Assembly: GCA_964565945.1 (NCBI GenBank)
Contig: CAZMGY010000012.1
Location: 107,778 to 139,777, forward strand
Origin: an uncultured bacterium
GTDB taxonomy: Bacteria > GCA-001730085
Length of the DNA: 32,000 nucleotides
Direction of reading: 5' to 3'
In this document: positions 1 through 8,772 of the stretch, piece by piece
Layout of the letters: every line of letters begins with the position of its first letter
Position numbering within the stretch: the stretch's first letter is position 1
Made by a program: the position numbers and the translations under genes
The notes under the pieces: generated by a model
What the model was told of the DNA's origin: nothing
The model's input: the letters and a program-made list of their open reading frames with translations, nothing else
Database searches by the model: none

Positions 1-581
1 CTTTGTCAATTATCCTGATTCTAACTGGAATAAGCACATACATGTTTCAATATGCTACGAAAACAGCCAAAAGAGCTTGGTGTGCCAACAACTTAAGACA
101 AATTTATCAGTATTGGCTCTTGTATCTCGATGAAAATCATGATCGAATCAGGCGTATTCGTGACTTGCAAGATAGTTCTTTGCCCGAGAAGGGCAGTGGT
201 GTTTATCTTAAAAATGTTTTGGAGCAGTTTTTGTCACAAAGGGAAAAGCGCCCTATTGATCTAACAGCTATTTTTTCTTGTCCTGCAGACCCTCTACATA
301 ACGAGTACGAGCTTAAACATAGCGGAAGCTATGACAATCGCGATGAGATGTCACGAAGCTATCGCCCCTATGTTTTTTCGGATATTCCCAATCCACAAGA
401 TAAAATCCTGATGGGTGATTATCGTTCTGGCTGGCATGCTATTCCTTTTTTCGGTTTATTTGGTTATGATAGTCAATCAGATAAGGAGCGACGCATTAAT
501 GTGCTGTTTGCTGATGGACGTGTTGAATGGTTGACCGAAAAGGAATGGCAGGATCAGTTACGGCTGCCTTTTTGGGACTAA
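1..581 (+). CDS. Prepilin-like (type II secretion pseudopilin-like) protein with an H-X9-DG-type C-terminal domain; the 5' end lies outside the window
   Basis: The frame is open from the first bases of the window. The translation LSIILILTGIS...TKTAKRAWCANNLRQI resembles the end of a prepilin hydrophobic helix followed by the conserved C-x-N-N-L-[KR]-Q-I segment. The C terminus carries INVLFADGRVEWL, the DG core of the H-X9-DG domain, although the His position is not conserved. The TTG at position 3 used by the ORF track is probably not the true start. Confidence 0.6.
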   Translation, partial: LSIILILTGISTYMFQYATKTAKRAWCANNLRQIYQYWLLYLDENHDRIRRIRDLQDSSLPEKGSGVYLKNVLEQFLSQREKRPIDLTAIFSCPADPLHNEYELKHSGSYDNRDEMSRSYRPYVFSDIPNPQDKILMGDYRSGWHAIPFFGLFGYDSQSDKERRINVLFADGRVEWLTEKEWQDQLRLPFWD

Positions 582-600
582 AAAAGATGTGGAGTGAGCA

Positions 601-1566
601 ATGAAACGTATAGCATTGATGACAAGTGGTGGTGATGCTCCAGGAATGAATGCGGCTATTCGGTCGATTGTCCGAATCTCTTTGGCTAAAGAGATTGAAC
701 CTTGGGGTGTGTATCGTGCCTATAATGGTCTAATTGATAACAAAATCGAACTTTTACGACATTCTTCGGTATCCAACATTATTCAGCGTGGAGGAACGAT
801 GCTTAAAACATTACGTAGCGAACGTTTTCACACCGCTGAAGGTATTGAGCAAGCAGTTAAGAATTTAAAGGAACGCCAGATTGATGCACTGATTGCTGTA
901 GGGGGAGATGGCACAATTCGTGGTTTGTTGGAGTTGCAAAACCACTGGGATGGTCGCGTGATTGCTTTGCCAGGCACCATTGATAATGATTTGTATGGGA
1001 CGGATGAAACGATTGGTTATGACACGGCTGTGAACACAGCTGTTGAAGCAATCGATAAAATTCGCGATACAGCCGATGCGCATGAACGCAATTTTATTGT
1101 CGAAGTGATGGGGCATCATTCTGGTCATATTGCTTTGCATGCTGGTGTGGCGGGTGGTGTTGAGGAAATTATGATCCCCGAAGTAAAAACTGTAGTTGAG
1201 CATGTGTGTGCCAATATGGTTTATTTTTTGGAACGGGGCAAGTCGAGTTATATTTTGGTGGTGGCTGAGGGGGATGATGCGGGATCGGCGTTTCAGTTGG
1301 CAGAAAAACTTCAAAACCAGTGCGATGCAAAATATAAGGTAACCATTTTGGGCCACCTACAGCGTGGTGGATCTCCGACAGCGCGAGATCGTATTTTGGC
1401 TTCTAAATTAGGTGGTTACGCTATCGATCTTTTGGATACACAAGTGAATGGTGTTATGGTGGGAGAGGTCAAAGGGGAGCTGGTGCACACGCCTCTTAAA
1501 GAGACTGTGACCGTTAAAAAAGGACATGATCATTTTCTTTATGAATTGGCAAAGGTGTTGCGCTAA
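601..1566 (+). CDS. pfkA: ATP-dependent 6-phosphofructokinase
   Basis: Diagnostic motifs are MTSGGDAPGMNAAIR, GGDGT, PGTIDNDL, VEVMGHHSGHIAL and GHLQRGG. GGDGT and PGTIDND (Gly rather than Asp/Lys) match the ATP-dependent form rather than the PPi-dependent form. GGAG lies upstream of the ATG. Confidence 0.95.
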   Translation: MKRIALMTSGGDAPGMNAAIRSIVRISLAKEIEPWGVYRAYNGLIDNKIELLRHSSVSNIIQRGGTMLKTLRSERFHTAEGIEQAVKNLKERQIDALIAVGGDGTIRGLLELQNHWDGRVIALPGTIDNDLYGTDETIGYDTAVNTAVEAIDKIRDTADAHERNFIVEVMGHHSGHIALHAGVAGGVEEIMIPEVKTVVEHVCANMVYFLERGKSSYILVVAEGDDAGSAFQLAEKLQNQCDAKYKVTILGHLQRGGSPTARDRILASKLGGYAIDLLDTQVNGVMVGEVKGELVHTPLKETVTVKKGHDHFLYELAKVLR

Positions 1567-1772
1567 TGAATGTCATTAATGTGCTTGTGGGGGTTGTTTT
1601 CTTACTGACTGCTTGTGGCCAAAACTCTATATCTAGGGATGCAGTTGATAATGCCAAGAAAGAACCTTCTACTCAAGAAGTAACCTGGATCAGAGATGAA
1701 GACCGTGTGACAATGTCGTTTATTCCAACAACTGTTGATGTTTTGGTTGAGGTGATTTATGGTTTGGTTTAG
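1566..1772 (+). CDS. Small putative lipoprotein (68 aa)
   Basis: The N terminus MNVINVLVGVVFLLTAC has a signal peptide plus a lipobox (L-T-A-C). The start overlaps the pfkA stop (TAATGA), and the 3' end overlaps the next gene by 14 nt. No homolog was recognised. Confidence 0.4.
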   Translation: MNVINVLVGVVFLLTACGQNSISRDAVDNAKKEPSTQEVTWIRDEDRVTMSFIPTTVDVLVEVIYGLV

Positions 1773-2622
1773 GCCTTTTGTGGTTTTAGGGCTTATGGGG
1801 TACTTAGGGATAACAGCAGAGCCTCTTTGGGCTCGAAGAGGACTACTATTGAATTCAAAGTTGGATAAGTCGCGACATAAGCCTGCCAGAACTGTTTTAA
1901 AACGATCACATCGACATGCTCAAGCCAAAGTTTTTTATTTGCAAGGACAATACGAACGGTCGCTCAAAATATTTCAACAGTTTTTGATGAATCACAGGAA
2001 GCACTGTGACTTAGATGAGGCGTATTTGTATGCTGGGCTTTGTTACGATGCCTTGGGCGATGGGGATAACGCTGTGATTTGCTGGGATCGTTTGATTTAT
2101 CAAAAAAGTGATGCACTTATGAAGCGAAGAGCGCTGATGGTGAAAGCTCGTTTTAAAGATCGCGAAGGACAAACCTTTGAAGCGATGCGTTTGTATGAAC
2201 TGATTTTGCAGGTAGCTCCTTTAGATGAGTATCCTGTTGCGAGTGTTCATCGCCTCATTGAGCTCTATCGTAAGTATGATAGGGCGTCTGAAGCGGGTCG
2301 GCTAGATAAGAAAGCACGTGCGCTTATGCCTATTTCACAAGGTATGGCATTTTTTGTAAAGTCGGCGATGAGTCGAAGAAAATATTTTTCTGTACAGGTT
2401 GGGGCTTTTAAGACTTTCAAAAATGCAAATCAACTGAAACGACACCTCAAGAAAAAAGGTTTTGATGTTTTTATTGTTCGCGATGCTGTGTCTAAGCATT
2501 CGCTATATAAGGTTCGTGTAGGTCAACTTAAAGCACATTCTCAGGTGAGAACTTTGCAGCGAGATATGTGGTCCCAAGAAAAACTAAAAGGTTCGGTTGT
2601 GTTTGAACTGATTCCTTTATGA
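1759..2622 (+). CDS. Secreted TPR-like / SPOR domain protein (peptidoglycan-binding, division-associated family)
   Basis: The protein has an N-terminal signal-like helix (VVLGLMGYLGITAEPLWA) and TPR-like helical repeats in the middle (AKVFYLQGQYERSLKIFQQFL, AYLYAGLCYDALGD). The C terminus YFSVQVGAFKTFKNANQLKRHLKKKGFDVFIV...LYKVRVGQL matches the SPOR repeat pattern. Confidence 0.7.
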   Translation: MVWFRPFVVLGLMGYLGITAEPLWARRGLLLNSKLDKSRHKPARTVLKRSHRHAQAKVFYLQGQYERSLKIFQQFLMNHRKHCDLDEAYLYAGLCYDALGDGDNAVICWDRLIYQKSDALMKRRALMVKARFKDREGQTFEAMRLYELILQVAPLDEYPVASVHRLIELYRKYDRASEAGRLDKKARALMPISQGMAFFVKSAMSRRKYFSVQVGAFKTFKNANQLKRHLKKKGFDVFIVRDAVSKHSLYKVRVGQLKAHSQVRTLQRDMWSQEKLKGSVVFELIPL

Positions 2623-3503
2623 GTGCAATGAGATCGGAAGTTATTTTTATTCTTGGAGCCACCGCTAGTGGCAAGTCAGATTACGCGGTTGATTTAGCTG
2701 AATCGTTAGGGTGTTCGATTGTTTCGGCCGACGCTTATCAAGTTTATCGTGGTATGGATATTGGCACAGCCAAGCCGAGCCATACGATGCTTCAACGTGT
2801 TCCTCATCACCTTATCGATTGTGTGAATCTTTTCCAGGACTTTGATGTGGCTCAATTTATCAGCGAAGCTTGCGCCAAGATTGACCATGCTATGGCACAA
2901 GGCCAGTCGCTTGTGGTCACGGGAGGAACGAATTATTACATTCATACTTTGGTGGAGGGCTTAGCACAAGTGCCCAAAGGAGATCCTCTGGTGCGTTTAC
3001 AGTGGCAAGCTCAGCTAGAGGAGCACGAAGGTTCTTGGTTGTGGGAGCAACTCCATGCAGTGGATGCACAAACGGCGGAACGCTTGCATCCTAATGATCA
3101 CAAGCGGGTGATCCGTGCGCTTGAAATTCATCAATTATCGGGGGGGCGCCCCTTGTCGTCTTTCAAAGGCGAAGGTGGCTTGAGAGGGCGTGTGCCTTAT
3201 CGCAAGATAGGTTTGGCTTGGCCAAAAGAAGAATTATTTATCCGCATCGAGCAAAGGGTCAAACAGATGTTGTCGGAGGGACTAATTGAAGAAGTGGAGC
3301 AATTGATTCATAAAGAATTTCGAAATACGATTCCTATGCAAACTGCCGTGGGGTACAAAGAAACGCTTGCGTATCTGGATGGAGAGATCCTGCTAGATGA
3401 TTTGGAGCAAAGCATTAGCAGCAATACAAAAAAACTCGTTAAAAAGCAATTGACGTGGCTTAAAAGAGATTCCGATATTATGTGGATTGATAAACGACAT
3501 TGA
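2619..3503 (+). CDS. miaA: tRNA dimethylallyltransferase
   Basis: It has the P-loop ILGATASGKS, then SADAYQVYRGMDIGTAKP, VPHHLID, GGTNYY and RALEI motifs, and the length (294 aa) is typical. An ATGA overlap joins it to the upstream gene. Confidence 0.95.
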   Translation: MSAMRSEVIFILGATASGKSDYAVDLAESLGCSIVSADAYQVYRGMDIGTAKPSHTMLQRVPHHLIDCVNLFQDFDVAQFISEACAKIDHAMAQGQSLVVTGGTNYYIHTLVEGLAQVPKGDPLVRLQWQAQLEEHEGSWLWEQLHAVDAQTAERLHPNDHKRVIRALEIHQLSGGRPLSSFKGEGGLRGRVPYRKIGLAWPKEELFIRIEQRVKQMLSEGLIEEVEQLIHKEFRNTIPMQTAVGYKETLAYLDGEILLDDLEQSISSNTKKLVKKQLTWLKRDSDIMWIDKRH

Positions 3504-3566
3504 CACGTGTCGGGGATCAGGATAGAATGCCCTTTATGTGTGGTTGATTTTTTCCTAGGAAACATA

Positions 3567-4457
3567 ATGTTACTTTATTTAAACAAACGTCATATTCGTG
3601 AATGGATTTCTGGATATCTCTTTATTATGCCCAATTTACTGGGTTTTCTTATGTTCACTTCAATTCCCGTTGTGGCTTCTCTTGTGCTTGCTTTTATGAA
3701 GTGGGACTTACTAACGCCTCCCGAATTTGTCGGAATCAACAATTTTATTAAGCTGATTCAGGATCCGTTGTTTTGGAAATACACCAAAAATACGTTTTTT
3801 CTGATGATGGGTATTCCTTTTGAAATGGGGGGGGCTCTTTTGATTGCTACATTTATGAATCAAAAAATTAAGGGGATTAAATTTTTTAGAACCATTTACT
3901 TTTTGCCAACCATTTGTTCTGGAGTTGCAATTTCGATTTTGTGGATGTGGATGTACAATCCTAATTTTGGTTTATTCAATTACATGTTAGCCAAACTAAG
4001 CATTCTTGGACCCAATTGGTTGACTGATGAAGCTTGGGCCAAACCAGCCTTAATGTTAATGGCATTTTGGACAGCTATTGGTGGTCAGAACATGATTCTT
4101 TATTTGGCTGGATTGCAAGGGATTCCTCCTGAGCTATACGAAGCTGCTAATATTGATGGTGCTAGCGCATGGCAAAAGTTTCGTCATATTACCTTGCCAA
4201 TGCTAACCCCAACGACATTTTTCATCTTTATCATGAGCGTAATCGGTGGTTTTCAAGGAGGCTTCGCCTCGGCTTATGTCATGACGGGTGGAGGACCGAA
4301 TGGATCAACCACTACAATCAGTTATTACATCTATAGTAACGCCTATCAATGGTTCAATATGGGCTATGCGGCTGCGATTGCTTGGGTGTTGTTTGTATTT
4401 GTTTTTATTGTCACCATTTTTAATTGGAAATATGGCGGCAAAGCTGTTCGTTATTAA
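3567..4457 (+). CDS. Carbohydrate ABC transporter permease (MalF/UgpA-like, CUT1 family)
   Basis: It is a six-TM protein with the EAA loop region LYEAANIDGASAWQKFRHITLPML. I moved the start from the track's GTG at 3507 to the ATG at 3567, which is preceded by AGGAAA. The N-terminal motif GYLFIMPNLLGFLMF is typical of this family and begins shortly after that ATG. Confidence 0.9.
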   Translation: MLLYLNKRHIREWISGYLFIMPNLLGFLMFTSIPVVASLVLAFMKWDLLTPPEFVGINNFIKLIQDPLFWKYTKNTFFLMMGIPFEMGGALLIATFMNQKIKGIKFFRTIYFLPTICSGVAISILWMWMYNPNFGLFNYMLAKLSILGPNWLTDEAWAKPALMLMAFWTAIGGQNMILYLAGLQGIPPELYEAANIDGASAWQKFRHITLPMLTPTTFFIFIMSVIGGFQGGFASAYVMTGGGPNGSTTTISYYIYSNAYQWFNMGYAAAIAWVLFVFVFIVTIFNWKYGGKAVRY

Positions 4458-4478
4458 ACAAAGGGTTTTGGTTATAGA

Positions 4479-5417
4479 ATGTCTCAGGTTGGAAAAAATC
4501 CATTACACAGAGATTATGTTAAGAAAACAGGGATTTACGCCTTTTTAATTTTGTTGGGTGTAACGATGGTTTTGCCATTTATTTGGATGGTGTCCACCTC
4601 CTTAAAGGTTCCTGGGGACGTGTTCACTTACCCTCCTGAGTGGATTCCTTCTCCGATTGAATTTGGTAACTACATCAAGGCTTGGTTGGCGGTTCCTTTT
4701 GGCCGTGGCTATGTGAATAGTATTATTGTGGCGGTGGCGACCACCTTGGGCCAAGTGTTCACCTGTTCAATGGCTGCGTTTGCGTTTGCACGTTTGCAGT
4801 TTCCTGGTCGGGACAAGCTCTTTTTTGGGTATTTGGCTACGATGATGATTCCAGGTGATGTGACAATGATTCCTGTCTTTATTTTGCTTAAAAAATTGCC
4901 CGAGTGGTTGAATACGGTGTTTAGTCCTGTTAATCAGTGGTGGTCACAAGACATGTATCTATTTGGTGAGTTTTTTGTTGGCAAACCGATTGGGATTGAT
5001 TCTTACTTTGCTTTGATTGCTCCAGGTTTGTTCACCGCTTATGGAACATTCATGTTGCGTCAATTTTTCATGAATATTCCTCGCGATTTGGAAGATGCTG
5101 CTAAAATTGATGGTTGTAGTTTATTCGGGATTTATTGGCGTGTGATTTTGCCTCTATCCAAAGCGGCTTTGGCGACATTGATCACCTTTACGTTCATGGG
5201 CTCTTGGAAGAGCTTTATCTGGCCTTTGATTGTGACAAATAGCATTGAGTTAAAAGTCTTACCAGTGATGTTGCAAGCGTTTCAGGGATCTTATAACACT
5301 GAGTGGACCTTACTGATGGCAGGTAATATCATCATGTTGATGCCGATCATTTTGGTGTTTATCTTTAATCAGCGTTTCTTTGTCGAAGGGATTCAGCTCG
5401 GTGCCGTTAAAGGATAA
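4479..5417 (+). CDS. Carbohydrate ABC transporter permease (MalG/UgpE-like, CUT1 family)
   Basis: The EAA loop DLEDAAKIDGCSLFGIYWRVILPLSKAAL is present. The N terminus LPFIWMVSTSLK and the C terminus FNQRFFVEGIQLGAVKG are typical of MalG-type permeases. Confidence 0.9.
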   Translation: MSQVGKNPLHRDYVKKTGIYAFLILLGVTMVLPFIWMVSTSLKVPGDVFTYPPEWIPSPIEFGNYIKAWLAVPFGRGYVNSIIVAVATTLGQVFTCSMAAFAFARLQFPGRDKLFFGYLATMMIPGDVTMIPVFILLKKLPEWLNTVFSPVNQWWSQDMYLFGEFFVGKPIGIDSYFALIAPGLFTAYGTFMLRQFFMNIPRDLEDAAKIDGCSLFGIYWRVILPLSKAALATLITFTFMGSWKSFIWPLIVTNSIELKVLPVMLQAFQGSYNTEWTLLMAGNIIMLMPIILVFIFNQRFFVEGIQLGAVKG

Positions 5418-6114
5418 TCACCCCTCTCAAGGCGAGCTTCTGCAACGAATTGTTCAACGGACCTTTTGGTTGTTTTATGATCATATCTGGCTTTGGTGTG
5501 GAGTTGGTTTGATTGCCTATAGTTTGTCGTTCACATTAATTTTGATGCCCTTAGTGATAGCTCCTCTGTTTCAGATGGCTAGTTTTGCTCTCAAACAAAA
5601 CTATACCCAACTGAATGTGAAGCGTTTTCTTAAGTTAATCCTTCATCCTAATCTAAAAGCTTTAGCTTATATGATTGGAATTTTGGTGCTTATTCTCGCT
5701 TTTATAGCCACTTTTCAGTTTTATATGCGTTTGCCCCAGAATATGATTTGGCTCAAGATATTGAGCTCTAGTGTGGTTTTTTGGGTGGTGGTTACGATCG
5801 CTATGATGATTCCAACTTTATTAAGTCTTTGGTCCACCGAAACCGATCTTGGTTGGTGGACGACCTGGAAATATGCCTTTTTTGGTTTAATGGCTTATCC
5901 TTTATTGTCGATAGGAACTTTGGGCTTTTTCTGCATTCTAACCTTGTTTTGTGCGGTCTCTTTGGTGGGTTTGGTGGTGATCTGGATGCCACTTAGCGTT
6001 CTTTTGTGGTACAATTTATTCTATGTGGTCTTTGTTGATTCGAAGAATGATTTCGAAGAAACAATTGAAGGTCTTGATGATCGTTTTTGGTGCGAACTTT
6101 TCTCGGTTTCTTAA
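5380..6114 (+). CDS. Polytopic membrane protein of unknown function, possibly YesL/DUF624-like, linked to the ABC permease genes
   Basis: The 244-aa ORF has about six hydrophobic segments and overlaps the end of the permease gene, with a TTG at 5380 or a GTG at 5401 as the possible start. Its position directly after sugar permeases and its topology resemble DUF624 proteins. That family call is from memory only. Confidence 0.45.
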   Translation: MSKGFSSVPLKDNHPSQGELLQRIVQRTFWLFYDHIWLWCGVGLIAYSLSFTLILMPLVIAPLFQMASFALKQNYTQLNVKRFLKLILHPNLKALAYMIGILVLILAFIATFQFYMRLPQNMIWLKILSSSVVFWVVVTIAMMIPTLLSLWSTETDLGWWTTWKYAFFGLMAYPLLSIGTLGFFCILTLFCAVSLVGLVVIWMPLSVLLWYNLFYVVFVDSKNDFEETIEGLDDRFWCELFSVS

Positions 6115-7310
6115 CAACACACGCGATTGCGGCCGCTTTCTTTTGCATGATAAAGGCATTGATCGCTAATGTCGATCAAGCCTTGAACACTTTGAGCTTG
6201 ATCTGGATAACTAGCGAGTCCCAGGCTGATCGTCATTTGAAGCTCTTTGCCGTAGGCTTGAAAGGTGCGTTGCTCGACATCGACACGTAATCGCTCGGCA
6301 ATCACCTGGGTATCTTCGAGGGAGGCTTCGGGAAGAAGGACGCAGAATTCTTCACCACCATAACGGCAGATCAAGTCCATTTCGCGTACGTTAGCACGAA
6401 TCAGGGACGTTAACTCTTTAAGAACCACATCGCCCACTAAGTGCCCATAATTATCGTTGTAGGATTTGAAATGGTCGATATCGATCATCAAACAAGAGAG
6501 AGGAAGTTTGTGATTGATCGAGCGTTGCAACTCCTCCTGAAAGCGAGTCATAAAATGGCGACGCAAATAAGCCTGAGTGAGGCTGTCTGTGATCGATAAA
6601 CGCTCAACTTGCTCGTAAAGTTGATTCTTGTGGATATCAAGAGCGAGCTGAGAGCCAATGATGCGTGCTTTTTCGATGTCGCGGGGATCAATGTTTTCTA
6701 AGGTCATAACGGCAATGGCCTCTTCTTTAACTCGTAAGGGAATGGCCATAAAAGAACTTACATGCGGATCTAACTCCATATTGGAGGCCATAAAATTGGT
6801 TTTGGTGTCGAAAATAAGAATTTCGGTCATATTGTTTTCCTGCATGGTGTTGCATATTTTGTAGTCTTGTTCTTGCGGCTTTAGGTAAAGGGCCGCATTT
6901 TCATCATGAACCGTTTCGCTACTAATTTCAATGATTTTATGTAGGGTCAAACTTTCGAATTTTTTAGAGTCAGTTTGTAATAAGATCACTTTGATCCGGC
7001 GGCAATGCAAAATATTCCAAATTTTATTTTTAAGTAGAGGTGCTTTTTCGCGAAACTTCAAAGACGCACTTAAATCTTTAGAGATTTCATAAAGGCTGGC
7101 CGTTGACTGATGTAGCTGTTCGAGATGATGATTTTTAGCAAGAATGGTGTCGTTATGCTGTCGAAGCTTATCGAGCTCTTCTTTGCCTTTGCGCATTTGA
7201 ATAAGGAGTTCCTCTTCTTCTTCTTGAACTTTAAAGAGATAAATTAAAAATAACTTTACCCCCAAAAAGATAGCGACGGCTGTGAGAATAATATGAATCA
7301 CATACAACAT
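6111..7310 (-). CDS. Diguanylate cyclase: N-terminal TM helix, coiled coil, GAF-like sensor, GGDEF domain (GGEEF active site, RxxD I-site present)
   Basis: The GGDEF domain is shown by DSLTQAYLRRHF...IDIDHFKSYNDNYGHLVGDVVL...REMDLICRYGGEEFCVLL...YHAKESGRNR. REMD lies exactly 5 residues before GGEEF, which is the inhibitory-site geometry. Confidence 0.85.
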   Translation of the reverse strand: MLYVIHIILTAVAIFLGVKLFLIYLFKVQEEEEELLIQMRKGKEELDKLRQHNDTILAKNHHLEQLHQSTASLYEISKDLSASLKFREKAPLLKNKIWNILHCRRIKVILLQTDSKKFESLTLHKIIEISSETVHDENAALYLKPQEQDYKICNTMQENNMTEILIFDTKTNFMASNMELDPHVSSFMAIPLRVKEEAIAVMTLENIDPRDIEKARIIGSQLALDIHKNQLYEQVERLSITDSLTQAYLRRHFMTRFQEELQRSINHKLPLSCLMIDIDHFKSYNDNYGHLVGDVVLKELTSLIRANVREMDLICRYGGEEFCVLLPEASLEDTQVIAERLRVDVEQRTFQAYGKELQMTISLGLASYPDQAQSVQGLIDISDQCLYHAKESGRNRVCC

Positions 7311-8731
7311 ATTTGATTACGTCCTTCAGCTTTGGCTTGATAAAGCCCCTTGTCGGCCAAATTAATCAATTCTCTGGGCAGCATAGCATCCTGAGGGAAG
7401 GTGGCAATACCTCCACTGATACTGATTTGTGTTTCTACTTGCCTTAAAACGATAGTGGCTGATTCCACTTTGATGCGCACATTCTCCAGAACCTTTTGAG
7501 CCTGTTCTTTGGTGTGTTCGGGCAGAAGTATAGCAAATTCCTCTCCACCATAACGAGCCACAATTCCTACTTCGGAAAGTTCTTTTTTAAGCAAATTGGC
7601 TAGGAAAATGAGAACCTTATCTCCAGAAGAATGACCATACTGATCATTATATTTTTTGAAGAAGTCAATATCAATGAGGGCAATTGAAAGGGCTGTTTGG
7701 GAATGTATGCTACGGCTTAGTTCTTTGTCAAATTGTTCGGAAAAGTACTTGCGTACATAGAGTCCTGTCAGACTATCCTTGATAGCTAAATCCAATGTTT
7801 GTTGGTAAAGACGCGCGTTGGTGATGGCTTTGTTGGTCAAATAGGCCAAAATATTTAAAAGCCTTAAATCATCCATCGCAAAGGTGGTTTTTTCCTGGGA
7901 TTGTATGCGAAGCAGGCCAATGCACTGATTTTCCGAGATAAGTGGTGATGAAATAAGAGACTGGAAGGGTAAATCATTTCGATCCGAAAGCCCTTGAAAA
8001 CGAAAGTCTTTGTGAACATCTGTGACCAAAAGAGGGATTTTGTGTTTTAGCACCCAGCCATCATAGGCATCGCCTTCTTTGTAGAAGGATTCTTGGTGAT
8101 GGTCGTTTGAGCTCCAGCGAAGTTGAATTTTGCGGGAGTTTGGTTGATTCAAATAAAACAGAATGTAATCCCTTTTGTTAATAATGCTTTTGTTGGTGAT
8201 AAGGTTAATGATTTGTTCTTCGTTGAGCGATGTGTTGAGTGTGTTGAGTACCTTGTGGAGCAGTGAATAACGTTGAATCAACTCGTTGAGACTAGATGTT
8301 TCTAGCTGGTTTTTTTCGAAAAACTTGCTAAGTTCATTGTAATTTTCTTTAGTGCTTTGGATCGATTGTGTGTAGGTGTAGGTGCTTAGATCGTCTTTGC
8401 GTTTGAGTAGGGAAATGCTCATGATCATCATGACATGAAGGGGGATGTGCCAATAAAAAAAGTTAAGCTCAAACGGGAAGGCTACGGCTAATAAAAATAA
8501 CGAAAGAATGGCCCATATGACCCAAGCCATAGTGACATAGCCGAGTAAGATCACTGGCCAATAGATGAAAGAAGCGATCAATAGCAATAGGTTGCTCATC
8601 ACTAAAATGAGTGAAGGGCGTGTTGTTAGTGTTTGATGAAAGAGAATCGATAGGACAATGTAAAAAATAACATACAATATCCCAAAGAAAACAAGTTGAT
8701 TACTAACCTTTATCTGGCGCTCTTGAGACAT
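7298..8731 (-). CDS. Diguanylate cyclase: multi-TM N-terminal domain, GAF-like sensor, GGDEF domain (GGEEF, no RxxD I-site)
   Basis: The first ~110 aa contain about 4-5 hydrophobic helices. The GGDEF domain is shown by DSLTGLYVRKYF...IDIDFFKKYNDQYGHSSGDKVL...EVGIVARYGGEEFAILL...YQAKAEGRNQ. The 13-nt overlap with the downstream paralog suggests co-translation. Confidence 0.85.
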   Translation of the reverse strand: MSQERQIKVSNQLVFFGILYVIFYIVLSILFHQTLTTRPSLILVMSNLLLLIASFIYWPVILLGYVTMAWVIWAILSLFLLAVAFPFELNFFYWHIPLHVMMIMSISLLKRKDDLSTYTYTQSIQSTKENYNELSKFFEKNQLETSSLNELIQRYSLLHKVLNTLNTSLNEEQIINLITNKSIINKRDYILFYLNQPNSRKIQLRWSSNDHHQESFYKEGDAYDGWVLKHKIPLLVTDVHKDFRFQGLSDRNDLPFQSLISSPLISENQCIGLLRIQSQEKTTFAMDDLRLLNILAYLTNKAITNARLYQQTLDLAIKDSLTGLYVRKYFSEQFDKELSRSIHSQTALSIALIDIDFFKKYNDQYGHSSGDKVLIFLANLLKKELSEVGIVARYGGEEFAILLPEHTKEQAQKVLENVRIKVESATIVLRQVETQISISGGIATFPQDAMLPRELINLADKGLYQAKAEGRNQICCM

Positions 8732-8772
8732 AGGCTCTGGACCCCCAAATAGTTTTTTTATCTATGTTTGTG

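Noticed and set aside
865-1356. A 163-aa minus-strand ORF, and the 64-aa ORF at 857-1051, inside pfkA
   Set aside because: They are fully antisense to a strongly conserved pfkA reading frame. The translations are low-complexity with no motif, so these are shadow ORFs.
3507-3566. N-terminal extensions proposed by the track for the first permease (GTG 3507), the ATPase (TTG 9939), the AsmA-like gene (27464) and yebC (27463)
   Set aside because: In each case an internal ATG has a good Shine-Dalgarno sequence and coincides with the conserved family N-terminus. The extensions use weak start codons, lack an RBS, or overlap neighbouring promoters or genes.
4288-4548. An 86-aa plus-strand ORF bridging the two permease genes
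   Set aside because: It is an out-of-frame overlap of the 3' end of one permease and the 5' end of the next, with no motif.
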